Below, in pieces: positions 50,359 to 59,500 of a stretch of DNA of 64,000 nucleotides (positions within the stretch are counted from its first letter, which is position 1; every line of letters starts with the position of its first letter). The notes below the pieces were generated by a model, which saw only the letters and a program-made list of their open reading frames with translations, was not told the origin of the DNA and searched no databases. The DNA lies in the NCBI GenBank assembly GCA_963737905.1, contig CAVTUQ010000002.1, forward strand, positions 1 through 64,000. Reading direction: 5' to 3'. This DNA is from an uncultured delta proteobacterium. GTDB taxonomy: Bacteria; Desulfobacterota; Binatia; UBA9968. The translations under genes were made by a program, and so were the position numbers.

Positions 50359-50889
50359 CTATTTTCTCCACCTTCTAAAAACGACGGCCAGCCCAAGCCC
50401 CAGCAACACGCAGGGCAGCCACACCCAACGTAACTCGGAAAGAATCACCTTAACTCCCCACGGCGATAAAAAGCGTGAAATCTCGATCGGCGATACTTGG
50501 ATTACCTGATACCGGGCGAAATACCGCTCATCCGACCACGGCCAGAAAAGTGCGATGCCAAGCCCGCCGTTTGTGAACGCGTCGAGGATTCCGTGAGAGG
50601 CTGTAGCAAGAAATAGGAACCAGAAAGCAACACCGAAACTGCAAAGTAACCACCGATGAGCGCAGGCGCCGAGTAAAGCCATGAGAGCGGCGAAACACAA
50701 TGAGTGACTGAAGCCACGATGCCCGAACTCGTGTTGGTAAGGAATACCAAAAGTAAAGCTCACCACATCGAGATCCGGCAAGATCGACGCTGCAACGCCA
50801 GCTAAGAGGAGTCGTCTTGAAACGATCTCCTTCCCCAACCCGAAAGCGAGGGCAATCGGCACGGCTGGATGGGAAAAAATCGTCGGCAT
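50359..50889 (-). CDS. YdjM/YbcI-type membrane-bound metal-dependent hydrolase
   Basis: H, LPDLD, HRGFSHS, SHGILD. Confidence 0.9.
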   Translation of the reverse strand: MPTIFSHPAVPIALAFGLGKEIVSRRLLLAGVAASILPDLDVVSFTFGIPYQHEFGHRGFSHSLCFAALMALLGACAHRWLLCSFGVAFWFLFLATASHGILDAFTNGGLGIALFWPWSDERYFARYQVIQVSPIEISRFLSPWGVKVILSELRWVWLPCVLLGLGLAVVFRRWRK

Positions 50890-50991
50890 CAGAAGCCAAG
50901 CGGCGAAACCCGCTCTTGTGTCATTCAGAGAGGCACAGCTGGAGAATCCATATTCTTACTGGCTCACGAAATCCTGAGTCTAAACGATCCG

Positions 50992-52773
50992 TCAATGTTG
51001 TTGTATGCCGTAGCGGCGGGCGAAAAGGTAGTAGGCGACGGCGATAGAAACCAGAATTATCGTCCAGATCACGCCAAAGGCGGCTAACTCGCCCACCTGA
51101 CCGTTCTCCCACAGCTCATAGATAGCGACGGAAACCACCGGCGTTTGCGGACTTACGAGCAGGATCGACATGGACAGTTCCTTGGCAGAAAGCAGGAAGA
51201 TAAACACCCACCCGCCCAAAAAAGACGGGGTCAGCAAAGGCATCGTGATACGGCGCATCGTATTCAACCATGACCCCCCGGAAGCATAAGCCGCTTCTTC
51301 CAATTCGCGATGGAGTTGCAACAGGCCGGAATGAGTGTAGCGAATGCCGTAGGGAATATAGCGCGTGACGAAGGCCACGAGGAGAATCCATAGCGTGCCA
51401 TAGATGGGGATCGGGACGATCAGATAAAACCGCATAATCGCCAAGCCCATCACGATGCCGGGAAACAGGAGCGGCAGGGTTGTCAGCAGATCGAGCAGCC
51501 AGCGGCCGCGCAATTTGGTGCGTACCAGGATCCACGAAGCCAACGTCGTCAGCACCATCACCGCGCTGGCGCTGCCGAGACCGAGCAAGACGCTGTTCTT
51601 GATGGAGTCGGTAATTTTCGGGAAATGGATCGCCGTCACGTAATTCTTCAAAGTGAACTTGGATATCGCTTCCAAAGAGGGCTGAATGTAGAACGGGAGG
51701 AGCGAGGCCCACAGCACGATGAGAAACGGCAGTACCAAAAGAACGAAGGAATAGAGCAACAAGCCCGTAGCCGTCACATAGCGCCAACCACCGAGTTGGA
51801 TCAAGGCGGGCCGATAACCCTTGCCGGTGATGGTATGGAATCGTGTGGCTTCCCGCGTCATTCGGAAATAGAAATAAAGCGTGCACGCCACGACCAACAT
51901 CAAAAGCACGGAAAAGGCCCCGGCCCTGCCGTAGGTGGGGGGCATCCGTTGCGCGTCGAGGAGAATCGAAGTCGTCAGAACGCGAATATCCCCCGGCAGT
52001 CCGACCAGAGCCGGAATTTCAAACGACTCGAAGGCACGAATGAAGATCAGCAGCAAGACGGAGAAAAATGCCGGCAACATGAGTTGCAACGAAACGCGCC
52101 TGAGCGTCTGCCAGGCGCGCGCGCCGCAGACGGCGGAGGCTTCTTCCAGAGACGGGTCCATGGAACGAAACGAAGCCGCCAGCAACAGGAAAACAAAGGG
52201 CGACCACAGCAGCGCTTCAACGAACACCATTCCCCACATCGAATAGACATTCACCACCGGCCCGCTTTGATCGAGAAATCCGCGCAGCCAGCTGTTGACC
52301 GGCCCGGCTTTGCCGAGAATAAGAAGCCAGCCGATGGTGTACAGAATAAACGGCGTGCCGAAGGAGGCAAAAGCGGTGAAATATCCCCAACCGCGCAGCG
52401 GCGAGTCCGTGCGCGTAACGATCCAGGCAACCAGGCCGCCCAAAAGCGTGGCGAGCAATGCACTACCGACGGAAAAATAGACGGTGTTCAAAAACGGCCC
52501 CAGTACCTGGAGTTCACGAAACATGTCCCGATAGTAACTCAGGGTGAATTCATCCAGTTCCCCGGTGAGCTTGGTGGTAAAAAGACTGGTCTGGATCACT
52601 GAATAGAGGGGCGGCAGGACGAGATACGCCGTCACGACGGAGACCGCAATCAGCACCCAGGTCTGCGCCTCGAGACGGGAGAAGAGGTCAAGTCCCAATA
52701 TGCCGCGGGCGTGCCGCGCCTTGCCAGATCCGAGAGGCAGCTTAAAAGTTTCCGATGACTGCTGTTTGGCCAC
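50992..52773 (-). CDS. FbpB-like (iron/thiamine-type) ABC permease
   Basis: Two EAA motifs (LEEASAVCGA, LEEAAYASGG), ~12 TM. Confidence 0.9.
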   Translation of the reverse strand: MAKQQSSETFKLPLGSGKARHARGILGLDLFSRLEAQTWVLIAVSVVTAYLVLPPLYSVIQTSLFTTKLTGELDEFTLSYYRDMFRELQVLGPFLNTVYFSVGSALLATLLGGLVAWIVTRTDSPLRGWGYFTAFASFGTPFILYTIGWLLILGKAGPVNSWLRGFLDQSGPVVNVYSMWGMVFVEALLWSPFVFLLLAASFRSMDPSLEEASAVCGARAWQTLRRVSLQLMLPAFFSVLLLIFIRAFESFEIPALVGLPGDIRVLTTSILLDAQRMPPTYGRAGAFSVLLMLVVACTLYFYFRMTREATRFHTITGKGYRPALIQLGGWRYVTATGLLLYSFVLLVLPFLIVLWASLLPFYIQPSLEAISKFTLKNYVTAIHFPKITDSIKNSVLLGLGSASAVMVLTTLASWILVRTKLRGRWLLDLLTTLPLLFPGIVMGLAIMRFYLIVPIPIYGTLWILLVAFVTRYIPYGIRYTHSGLLQLHRELEEAAYASGGSWLNTMRRITMPLLTPSFLGGWVFIFLLSAKELSMSILLVSPQTPVVSVAIYELWENGQVGELAAFGVIWTIILVSIAVAYYLFARRYGIQQH

Positions 52774-52787
52774 GGCGTCGCAATTCT

Positions 52788-53892
52788 TTATTTCAGGAAT
52801 TGGTTTTGAAAATAATCGACCCAGTCATTGCCCTGGTCGTAGAGAACATCCGGGCTGATGTAATTGGCTTTTTTGAATCTGCCTCCGCCGGGTTTGAGAT
52901 CTGCCTGTAGAGCGGGGATTTCGGGATGCGCAGGCAGATAGTTCGATACCTGAACGATCTTTTGTCCTTTTTTCGATAACAGAAAGTCGAGAAACAACAT
53001 AGCCGCGTGTGGCCGAGGCGAATTCTTCGCCAAGCCGATCGTGTTTATGGTCGCCGTCACCGGTTCCAGCGGCTGCCAATCCACCGGCGCTCCGGCTGTT
53101 TTGCTGATATAGGCGTGATGATTAAAGATCTGTATCGCTAACGGATATTCGCCGGCGATCACCAGGTCGAGAATCTGTCGGGCACTGGCGGTGCTTTTAG
53201 CGATATTTTGACCCTTGAGCTTTTGCAAGTAGGCCTTACCCGCCTCCTGTCCCATCGTGAGGAGAATGTTGCCGATGAACTGGGGGGCGCCGGAGCCGCG
53301 GCTGGTGGACCACATCATCTGTCCCTTCCAGCGCGGATTCAGCAGATCCTCATAGGTTTTGGGCAGCTCGCTCGTCTTGACGCTACGGGTGTTGTAACCC
53401 AGGGTCATGAAATAAACGTTGGTGCTACCCCAGAAACCTTTTGAATCTTTCAGCTCGGCCGGATACTCGGCGAGATGGGGTGAATAAAATCGCTGCATGA
53501 ATCCGGCCCGCTGCACCATGCTGGTAGCAGCGCTGCCGCTGACGACATCGACGTCGTATCTCTTAGCCTGATACTCGGTAAGAACCCGACGTGCGATGTT
53601 CTCCGAATTACCGCGGAAGAAATCAACCTGGATGAAGGGATACTCTTTCTCGAAAGCCTTCTTTGAGCGGGCGCACGACCTGATCGACAATCAGGCCGGT
53701 GTAGAACATGACCTTGCCTTCTTTTTTGGCGCCTTCGATCAGAACCTTCTGTCGATCCGGTGATTTCATCATGGCGACGTCTTCGACCGTCGCACTCCAG
53801 GATAGGTGCATGGAAGAAGCAACGGCTAGGGTCGCCGCAACCAGCAAACCCGCGCACCTGACCGACAATCGGCTTTTACAAATCACCATCAT
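52788..53892 (-). CDS. ABC substrate-binding protein (AfuA/FbpA-like), 1-nt frameshift at ~53657
   Basis: N-terminal EGAKKEGKV in one frame, AFEKEYPFI... in the next; close paralog of 53889-55007. Confidence 0.85.
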
Positions 53893-55007
53893 TTGAGGAA
53901 TTGATTCTGAAAATAATCCACCCATTCATTGCCTTTGTCGAATTGAACATCCGGGGTGATATACAGTGCCTTGTTGAAGCGTCCCCCGCCTGGCTTTAGG
54001 TCCGCCTGTTTCGCGGGAACCTTTGGATGCGCCGGCAAATAGTTGGATTGTTGAAAAACCTTTTGGCCCTTTTCTGACAAGACAAAGTCCAGTAACAGCA
54101 TAGCGGCATGGGGGTGGGGCGTATTTTTTGCCAGCGCAATCGTTTGGATCGTGGCGGTCACCGGCTCTATGGGATACCAATCCACCGGCGCTCCCGCGGT
54201 TTTGCTGATATACGCATGATGGTTGAAGATATGGAGCGCGATGGGAAATTCTCCGGCAATCACCAGGTCGAGAATTTGCCGGTTGCTGGCGGTGCTCTTG
54301 GCGATATTCTGAGCCTTTAATTTCTGCAGATAGGCCTTGCCGGCTTCTGGTCCCATCGACATGAGCACGTTGCCGATGAATATCGGCGCTCCGGAGCCGC
54401 GGCTGGTCGACCACATCATCTGCCCTTTCCAGCGCGGATTCAGGAGATCCTCGTAGGTCTTCGGCAGCTCATTGACCTTGACCATCTTCGTATTATAACC
54501 GAGGGTCAAGAAATAAAGGTTCGTCGATCCCCAGAAGCCCTGCGCATCCTTGAGCTCAGCCGGATACTCGGCCAAATACGGGGAATAAAAGCGCTGCAGG
54601 AAGCCAGTGGGATATTGCTTGTTGATCGCCCGCTTGACCATGACGGGCGAAACCGTACCGTCGATGAGATCGACATCGTATCGTTTGGCCTGGTACTCGG
54701 CGAGCATTCTGCGCACCAAGTTCTCGGCGTTGCCACGATAGAAATCAATTTGGATGAAGGGATACTCCTTCTCGAAAGCTTCTTTCACCGGCCGCACCAC
54801 CTGATCGACGATCAAGGTGGTATACCACATCAGCTTCCCTTCCTTCTTCGCGCCCTCGATAAGGATTTTTTGCCGGTCCGCCGATTTCATCATGGCGACA
54901 TCTTCCACCGCCGCGGCCACTGATGGCCGTAGCCCGGTAATGACCGCCGCCCCAATTGTGAAAACGACGGCAGCCCAAATTGATAAACGTTTACTCTTGG
55001 TCGTCAT
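53889..55007 (-). CDS. ABC substrate-binding protein (AfuA/FbpA-like)
   Basis: Signal peptide, EGAKKEGKL, PKTYEDLLNPRWKG, PHPHAAMLLLDF. Confidence 0.88.
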   Translation of the reverse strand: MTTKSKRLSIWAAVVFTIGAAVITGLRPSVAAAVEDVAMMKSADRQKILIEGAKKEGKLMWYTTLIVDQVVRPVKEAFEKEYPFIQIDFYRGNAENLVRRMLAEYQAKRYDVDLIDGTVSPVMVKRAINKQYPTGFLQRFYSPYLAEYPAELKDAQGFWGSTNLYFLTLGYNTKMVKVNELPKTYEDLLNPRWKGQMMWSTSRGSGAPIFIGNVLMSMGPEAGKAYLQKLKAQNIAKSTASNRQILDLVIAGEFPIALHIFNHHAYISKTAGAPVDWYPIEPVTATIQTIALAKNTPHPHAAMLLLDFVLSEKGQKVFQQSNYLPAHPKVPAKQADLKPGGGRFNKALYITPDVQFDKGNEWVDYFQNQFLK

Positions 55008-55116
55008 TCTCCATCTCTCCTTCAGAGGCAAAGGGCTCAAGCAAAGCTATTCCTCCAGCCTGCGCCTTGTCAAGGTTAATTGTCCTAGTCGCCAACGGCT
55101 GCCGCTCACAACATCC

Positions 55117-56241
55117 TCACTTGAGGATCGTTTCAGCAAACTTACCTGACGGCACTCTGACTTTGGTGTACTTGTCTTCGAGGTGGTTACGCACACGGTG
55201 GTATTCCTCAACCGTGATAGAATCTTTGGCCGCGTCCACACCGAGAGCTTTTAACCACTTCGTGTCGACGTCGAGGCGCCGCGAGCCGTTTTGCATCACT
55301 TTACCGTACCAATCTTGGCCTTCTCTGCTCAGGAACCAGTTGATGAAAATTTTCGTGGCATTCGGATGCGGCGGATCCTTCACGATACCCAAAACACCGA
55401 AGCTGTTGCTCGCCGGCAAGCCTTCTCTGGGCGCCGGCGCCGGCTTGATCGGCAGGCCCGCTTTCACGAACGGCTCCGCTTGGCTCCTGCCGATACCGAA
55501 CGCTATAGCCACCTTGCCCTTCGCCAGAGCGTCGGCGAGTTGCCGCAAATCCCGGGTCAAGAAGAGATCCTGCTGGACCAATTTTTTGAGAAACTCCTCG
55601 CCTTTGATCTCCCACATAAAGGACCAGACCGATTGCCCGGAGCTCGGCACACGCGGGTCGCTGAATCCAATCTTGCCTTTCCATTTGAGCGACAGGTAGT
55701 CGTCGAAAGAACGGAGTTCTTCCGGCTTCGCCAAACTCGTGTTGTACCAAATACTGTGGGTGCTCACATCCGCCAAAAAAGAATAGAGATAGCGATGGGT
55801 GCTCAAGTTATCCTCCCATATATGGCCGCCCCACCACTCTTTCGGATCCTTGACCTCGGGAAGAATCAGAAAGGACTCGATGGGCTCCAGCATGCCATCA
55901 TGGGCAAGACCCACCGCCGTCCCGGTGCCGACGATCAGGGCATCGAAGTAACTGACTCCCGCGTTGCGCTCCGCAGCGATCCGGCTCGCGTTGCGCGGAC
56001 CCGGTGCGGACACCAGTTCGGCCTCCAGGCCAAACTTCTGCTTCAAGACCGTCTCCATCTCTTTTCTGAGCTCGTTGGCGGGTGGAATGGCGACGGCGAT
56101 CTTGCCTTCTTTCTTCGCCGCTTCCAAAGTCTTATCCCACTCTGCAGGCCGCCGCGACTCGGCCGCCGAGGCCACCTGAACACTGAGCGGCACCATAGCA
56201 AAGACAAGAAGGACAACCAGAGCACGGAAACTATTTCTCAT
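55117..56241 (-). CDS. ABC substrate-binding protein
   Basis: Signal peptide, EAAKKEGKI, KWKGKI, PPHPNATKIFINWFLSREGQ. Confidence 0.88.
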   Translation of the reverse strand: MRNSFRALVVLLVFAMVPLSVQVASAAESRRPAEWDKTLEAAKKEGKIAVAIPPANELRKEMETVLKQKFGLEAELVSAPGPRNASRIAAERNAGVSYFDALIVGTGTAVGLAHDGMLEPIESFLILPEVKDPKEWWGGHIWEDNLSTHRYLYSFLADVSTHSIWYNTSLAKPEELRSFDDYLSLKWKGKIGFSDPRVPSSGQSVWSFMWEIKGEEFLKKLVQQDLFLTRDLRQLADALAKGKVAIAFGIGRSQAEPFVKAGLPIKPAPAPREGLPASNSFGVLGIVKDPPHPNATKIFINWFLSREGQDWYGKVMQNGSRRLDVDTKWLKALGVDAAKDSITVEEYHRVRNHLEDKYTKVRVPSGKFAETILK

Positions 56242-56362
56242 AGAGTCCTCTGATAACGCATTCTCTTGCAGAGCTGTAGTTGAAAACCCCGTAGAGTGTC
56301 AAGGCGGCTTCTAGCAAGGCCCAGAAAAAGAAAAGATCTCGGAGACGAGGCGGCATACTTCG

Positions 56363-56433
56363 CGTATGGCTGATAGCCTATGGCATATAGTTGGAACATA
56401 CGGACCATACGCTATAAACCATAGGCCATAGGC
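56363..56433. repeat. Hairpin of degenerate tandem 7-mers (CCTATGG/GCCATAG)
   Basis: CGTATGG CTGATAG CCTATGG CATATAG ... ACCATAC GCTATAA ACCATAG GCCATAG. Confidence 0.7.
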
Positions 56434-56520
56434 CAGCCCCGCGGTTGACTCGCTAAATCTTCAGGTGGTAAACGGCATTGACGCAGTACACGTGTTTAAG
56501 AACATTTGTCGGGAGGAACT

Positions 56521-56931
56521 ATGATTACCACCACAGGAATTTATCATATCGGCATCCCCGTCAACGACGTGGAGCGCTCCGTAAAATTCTACACCGAGGT
56601 TTTGGGAATGAAGATCGCGAAGCTCAACCGGGACGACATGGGAGATCATCTAAACCGGGCCGACCTGCGATCGGGAGACGGAATGGTCGTGCTATTCCAG
56701 CGGCCGGAGCCGATCGAGAAAGATGCTCTCAAAGAGGACGGCGCCACCCACCACGCTTTCACTGTGTCCCCTGAAGAGTTCGAGTTGGCGGCACAAAAGA
56801 TGAAAGATTGGGGCGTTAAGACCCATCGCATCCCCACCGTCGATCGTCCCACCGGGAGAGGATTTTATTTTTTCGATCCCGACGGTAATCTCTTGCAGCT
56901 TTACGCGCCGCCGAAAAAACCATCATCGTGA
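56521..56931 (+). CDS. VOC / glyoxalase family protein
   Basis: GIYHIGIPV, FYTEVLG, HHAF, FYFFDPDGNLLQL; RBS GGAGG. Confidence 0.9.
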   Translation: MITTTGIYHIGIPVNDVERSVKFYTEVLGMKIAKLNRDDMGDHLNRADLRSGDGMVVLFQRPEPIEKDALKEDGATHHAFTVSPEEFELAAQKMKDWGVKTHRIPTVDRPTGRGFYFFDPDGNLLQLYAPPKKPSS

Positions 56932-59213
56932 GACGCTTCAAAGTCATAGGAAAGCCGCATCCGCGATTGGACGGCCCCGACACCGTAACGGGACGCGCGG
57001 CCTACACGGTGGACGTCGTCTTGCCATCGATGCTCCACGCCAAGCTCTTTCGCAGTTCCGTGCCCCACGCGAAGATCACGCGCCTCGATACCGGCCGTGC
57101 GCGCGCGCTGGCGGGAGTCACGGCAGTCCTGACGGCTGAGAATGTGCCGCCCAAACGATTCGGTTTCACGGTTCAGGACGAGGAGATTTTCGCCGGCGAA
57201 AAGGTGCGTTATGTCGGCGATGTCATCGCCGCGGTGGCGGCCGTCGACGAAGAAACCGCGGAGGAAGCCATCGGCCTTGTCGACTGCGAGTACGAGGATC
57301 TGCCCGGCACCTTCGACATCGATAACGCGCTCCAGAAAAACGCACCTTTGGTTCATGAGGATCTAGCTTCCTACGGGCTGAATACCGCTCTCGCCCGCGA
57401 TTGGTACCCGGTCACCGGAACCAACATCGCGCACCAAACCGTTTATTCCAAGGGTGACATTGATCTCGGCTTTGCTGAAGCCGACGAAATCTTCGACGAC
57501 ACCTTTCGCTCCCAACAGGTGCAGCATTGTTCTCTAGAGCCGCATGCGGTCGTCGCTCATTGGGACGGGAACCGGCTCACAGTCTGGACCAGCACACAAA
57601 AAGTATTTCTCGTCCGCTCTGGCTTGGCTCATTTGTTTGACTTGGCGGAAAGCCAGATACGAGTGATCGGCACCAAAGTCGGGGCCGGCTTCGGCGGCAA
57701 GAATTCGATGCGCCTTGAACCTTGTGCCGTTGCGCTGGCACTCAAAACCAAGAGACCGGTTCGGCTCGTTAATAGTCGCGCTGAAGAATTTGCGGCCGCC
57801 GCCGGTTCAGTAGCAGCAACGGTCCGGGTTAAAACCGGAATCAAGCGGGACGGCACTATTACCGCGCGCGCAATGGACTTTTTCTGGGACACCGGCGCCT
57901 ACGCCGAGGGGCTGCCCGGCAGCAACCGAGCGTTGAAAGATGGCGTTGGGCCTTACAGGGTTCCCCATATCCGGGTCACATCGACACTGGTCTACACCAA
58001 CACGCTGCGAGGCTGTCCGTTTCGAGGCCTCGGAATACCCGAAGCGGTATGGGCCGTGGAATCGCAGATGGATATCATCTCCGAGAAGCTGGGCATCGAT
58101 CCCGTCGATCTACGTCTGAAAAACTGCCTGGATCAGGGGGACGAAACTCCTGCCGGCGATCGCGCCAAGCACATCGCGCTGCGGGACTGCCTGCTCAAGG
58201 TCTCCACTGAGCTCAAGCGCTGGAAGAAGCGAGCCCCATCGAACCATGGCTTCGGTGTCGCCCTCCTGCACAAGTCACCGACGACCTCGGCGGCATCTTC
58301 CAGTGCGCGCATTTGCATCGCCGCCGACGACAAAGTGTACCTATTTATCGGCGCGACCGACGTCGGCGGTGGAACCGGAACGAGCCTAGGCCAGATCGCC
58401 GCAGAAGAACTGGGTGTTCCTCTGAACGAAATCAACGTCGTCATCGCGGATACCGAGATGACTCCTTTTGACCACGGCACCTATTCGAGCCGGGTGACGC
58501 CCTATGTCGGTGCTGCCGTAAAGCTGGCTGCGACTGATGCCCGGCGGCAGCTGTTGAAAGCAGCGGCCGCGCTCTGGAACCGATCGCCCAAGATCCTACG
58601 TCTTGCCGGCAAGAGGGTGATTTCGAGAAACCGCAAGTCGATGACCTTTGCCGAAGTGATTGAGAAATCGCAACTCACTGAAATCGTCGGCTTGGGATCA
58701 ATAGAAAGCAAAGGACTTTGGGCGGGCGACCACGCAGGGGACGGCAAAGGTTTCAGCGCGCCGGGGTGGCCCTTTGGTGCCCAGGCGGTCGAAGTCGAAG
58801 TCGATGACGAGACGGGCGTGGTCAAACTCATAAGAGTCGCCTCGGCCCACGACGTCGGTCGGGCGATTAATCCCATGATGCTTACGAGCCAGATTCAAGG
58901 TGGAATTATGATGGGCTTGGGCTACGCTCTATGGGAAGGATTGCTTTTTCAAGACGGAAGAATCATTAACGGCAACTTCGCCGATTACAAGATTGCCACC
59001 GTTCGTGATATTCCAAACGCCGTACCTATCGTCGTTGAAAGAAACTATGCTGCTGAACCTTACGGCGCCAAAGGGGTAGGCGAGATGGCGGTATTCGGCA
59101 TTGCTCCGGCCTTGGCCAATGCGGTCGCCCGCGTAGCCGGCGTGCGCATCAAAGAGTTGCCTATGTCGGCTGAGAAGGTGCTCCAGCAAATCAAGAGATC
59201 AAAGGAGAGGTGA
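56928..59213 (+). CDS. Xanthine dehydrogenase family molybdopterin-binding subunit
   Basis: VGAGFGGK, FRGLG, AHDVGRAINP, QIQGG, AKGVGE (catalytic Glu). Confidence 0.92.
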   Translation: MRRFKVIGKPHPRLDGPDTVTGRAAYTVDVVLPSMLHAKLFRSSVPHAKITRLDTGRARALAGVTAVLTAENVPPKRFGFTVQDEEIFAGEKVRYVGDVIAAVAAVDEETAEEAIGLVDCEYEDLPGTFDIDNALQKNAPLVHEDLASYGLNTALARDWYPVTGTNIAHQTVYSKGDIDLGFAEADEIFDDTFRSQQVQHCSLEPHAVVAHWDGNRLTVWTSTQKVFLVRSGLAHLFDLAESQIRVIGTKVGAGFGGKNSMRLEPCAVALALKTKRPVRLVNSRAEEFAAAAGSVAATVRVKTGIKRDGTITARAMDFFWDTGAYAEGLPGSNRALKDGVGPYRVPHIRVTSTLVYTNTLRGCPFRGLGIPEAVWAVESQMDIISEKLGIDPVDLRLKNCLDQGDETPAGDRAKHIALRDCLLKVSTELKRWKKRAPSNHGFGVALLHKSPTTSAASSSARICIAADDKVYLFIGATDVGGGTGTSLGQIAAEELGVPLNEINVVIADTEMTPFDHGTYSSRVTPYVGAAVKLAATDARRQLLKAAAALWNRSPKILRLAGKRVISRNRKSMTFAEVIEKSQLTEIVGLGSIESKGLWAGDHAGDGKGFSAPGWPFGAQAVEVEVDDETGVVKLIRVASAHDVGRAINPMMLTSQIQGGIMMGLGYALWEGLLFQDGRIINGNFADYKIATVRDIPNAVPIVVERNYAAEPYGAKGVGEMAVFGIAPALANAVARVAGVRIKELPMSAEKVLQQIKRSKER

Positions 59214-59330
59214 GATGGAGGCTATCCGGAAGGATTTCGGATCCGTTTTGGCCAGCAGATACGTGCAAAATGGCGAGAGACAATTTATGAATAAGATTCT
59301 TTTCCGCCGACGTATTCAAAGTTCGATAAG

Positions 59331-59413
59331 ATGGCACTGAAACTGACCATGACCTGTGGCCCCTATGATCGCGTCCCGAGGAGGCGTTTCATCCGAGCAC
59401 GCTGGCCACTTAG
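59331..59413 (+). pseudogene. Internally deleted relic of a 4,5-dihydroxyphthalate decarboxylase-like/ABC SBP gene
   Basis: MALKLTMTCGPYDR (family-like N-terminus) fused out of frame to PEEAFHPSTLAT* (family-like C-terminus). Confidence 0.55.
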
Positions 59414-59416
59414 TTA

Positions 59417-59490
59417 GGCTTTTAGCATATGGCTTATAGTATATAGTTCCTTGGTTCCACCTATATGCCCTGAGCTATCAGCTATATGCC
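59417..59490. repeat. Hairpin of degenerate tandem 7-mers
   Basis: GGCTTTTAG CATATGG CTTATAG TATATAG ... CTATATG CCCTGAG CTATCAG CTATATG CC. Confidence 0.7.
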
Positions 59491-59500
59491 AGTTGTCGTT

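Noticed and set aside
59215-59340. 41-aa ORF after the Mo-subunit
   Set aside because: No recognisable motif or RBS support; cannot be distinguished from chance.
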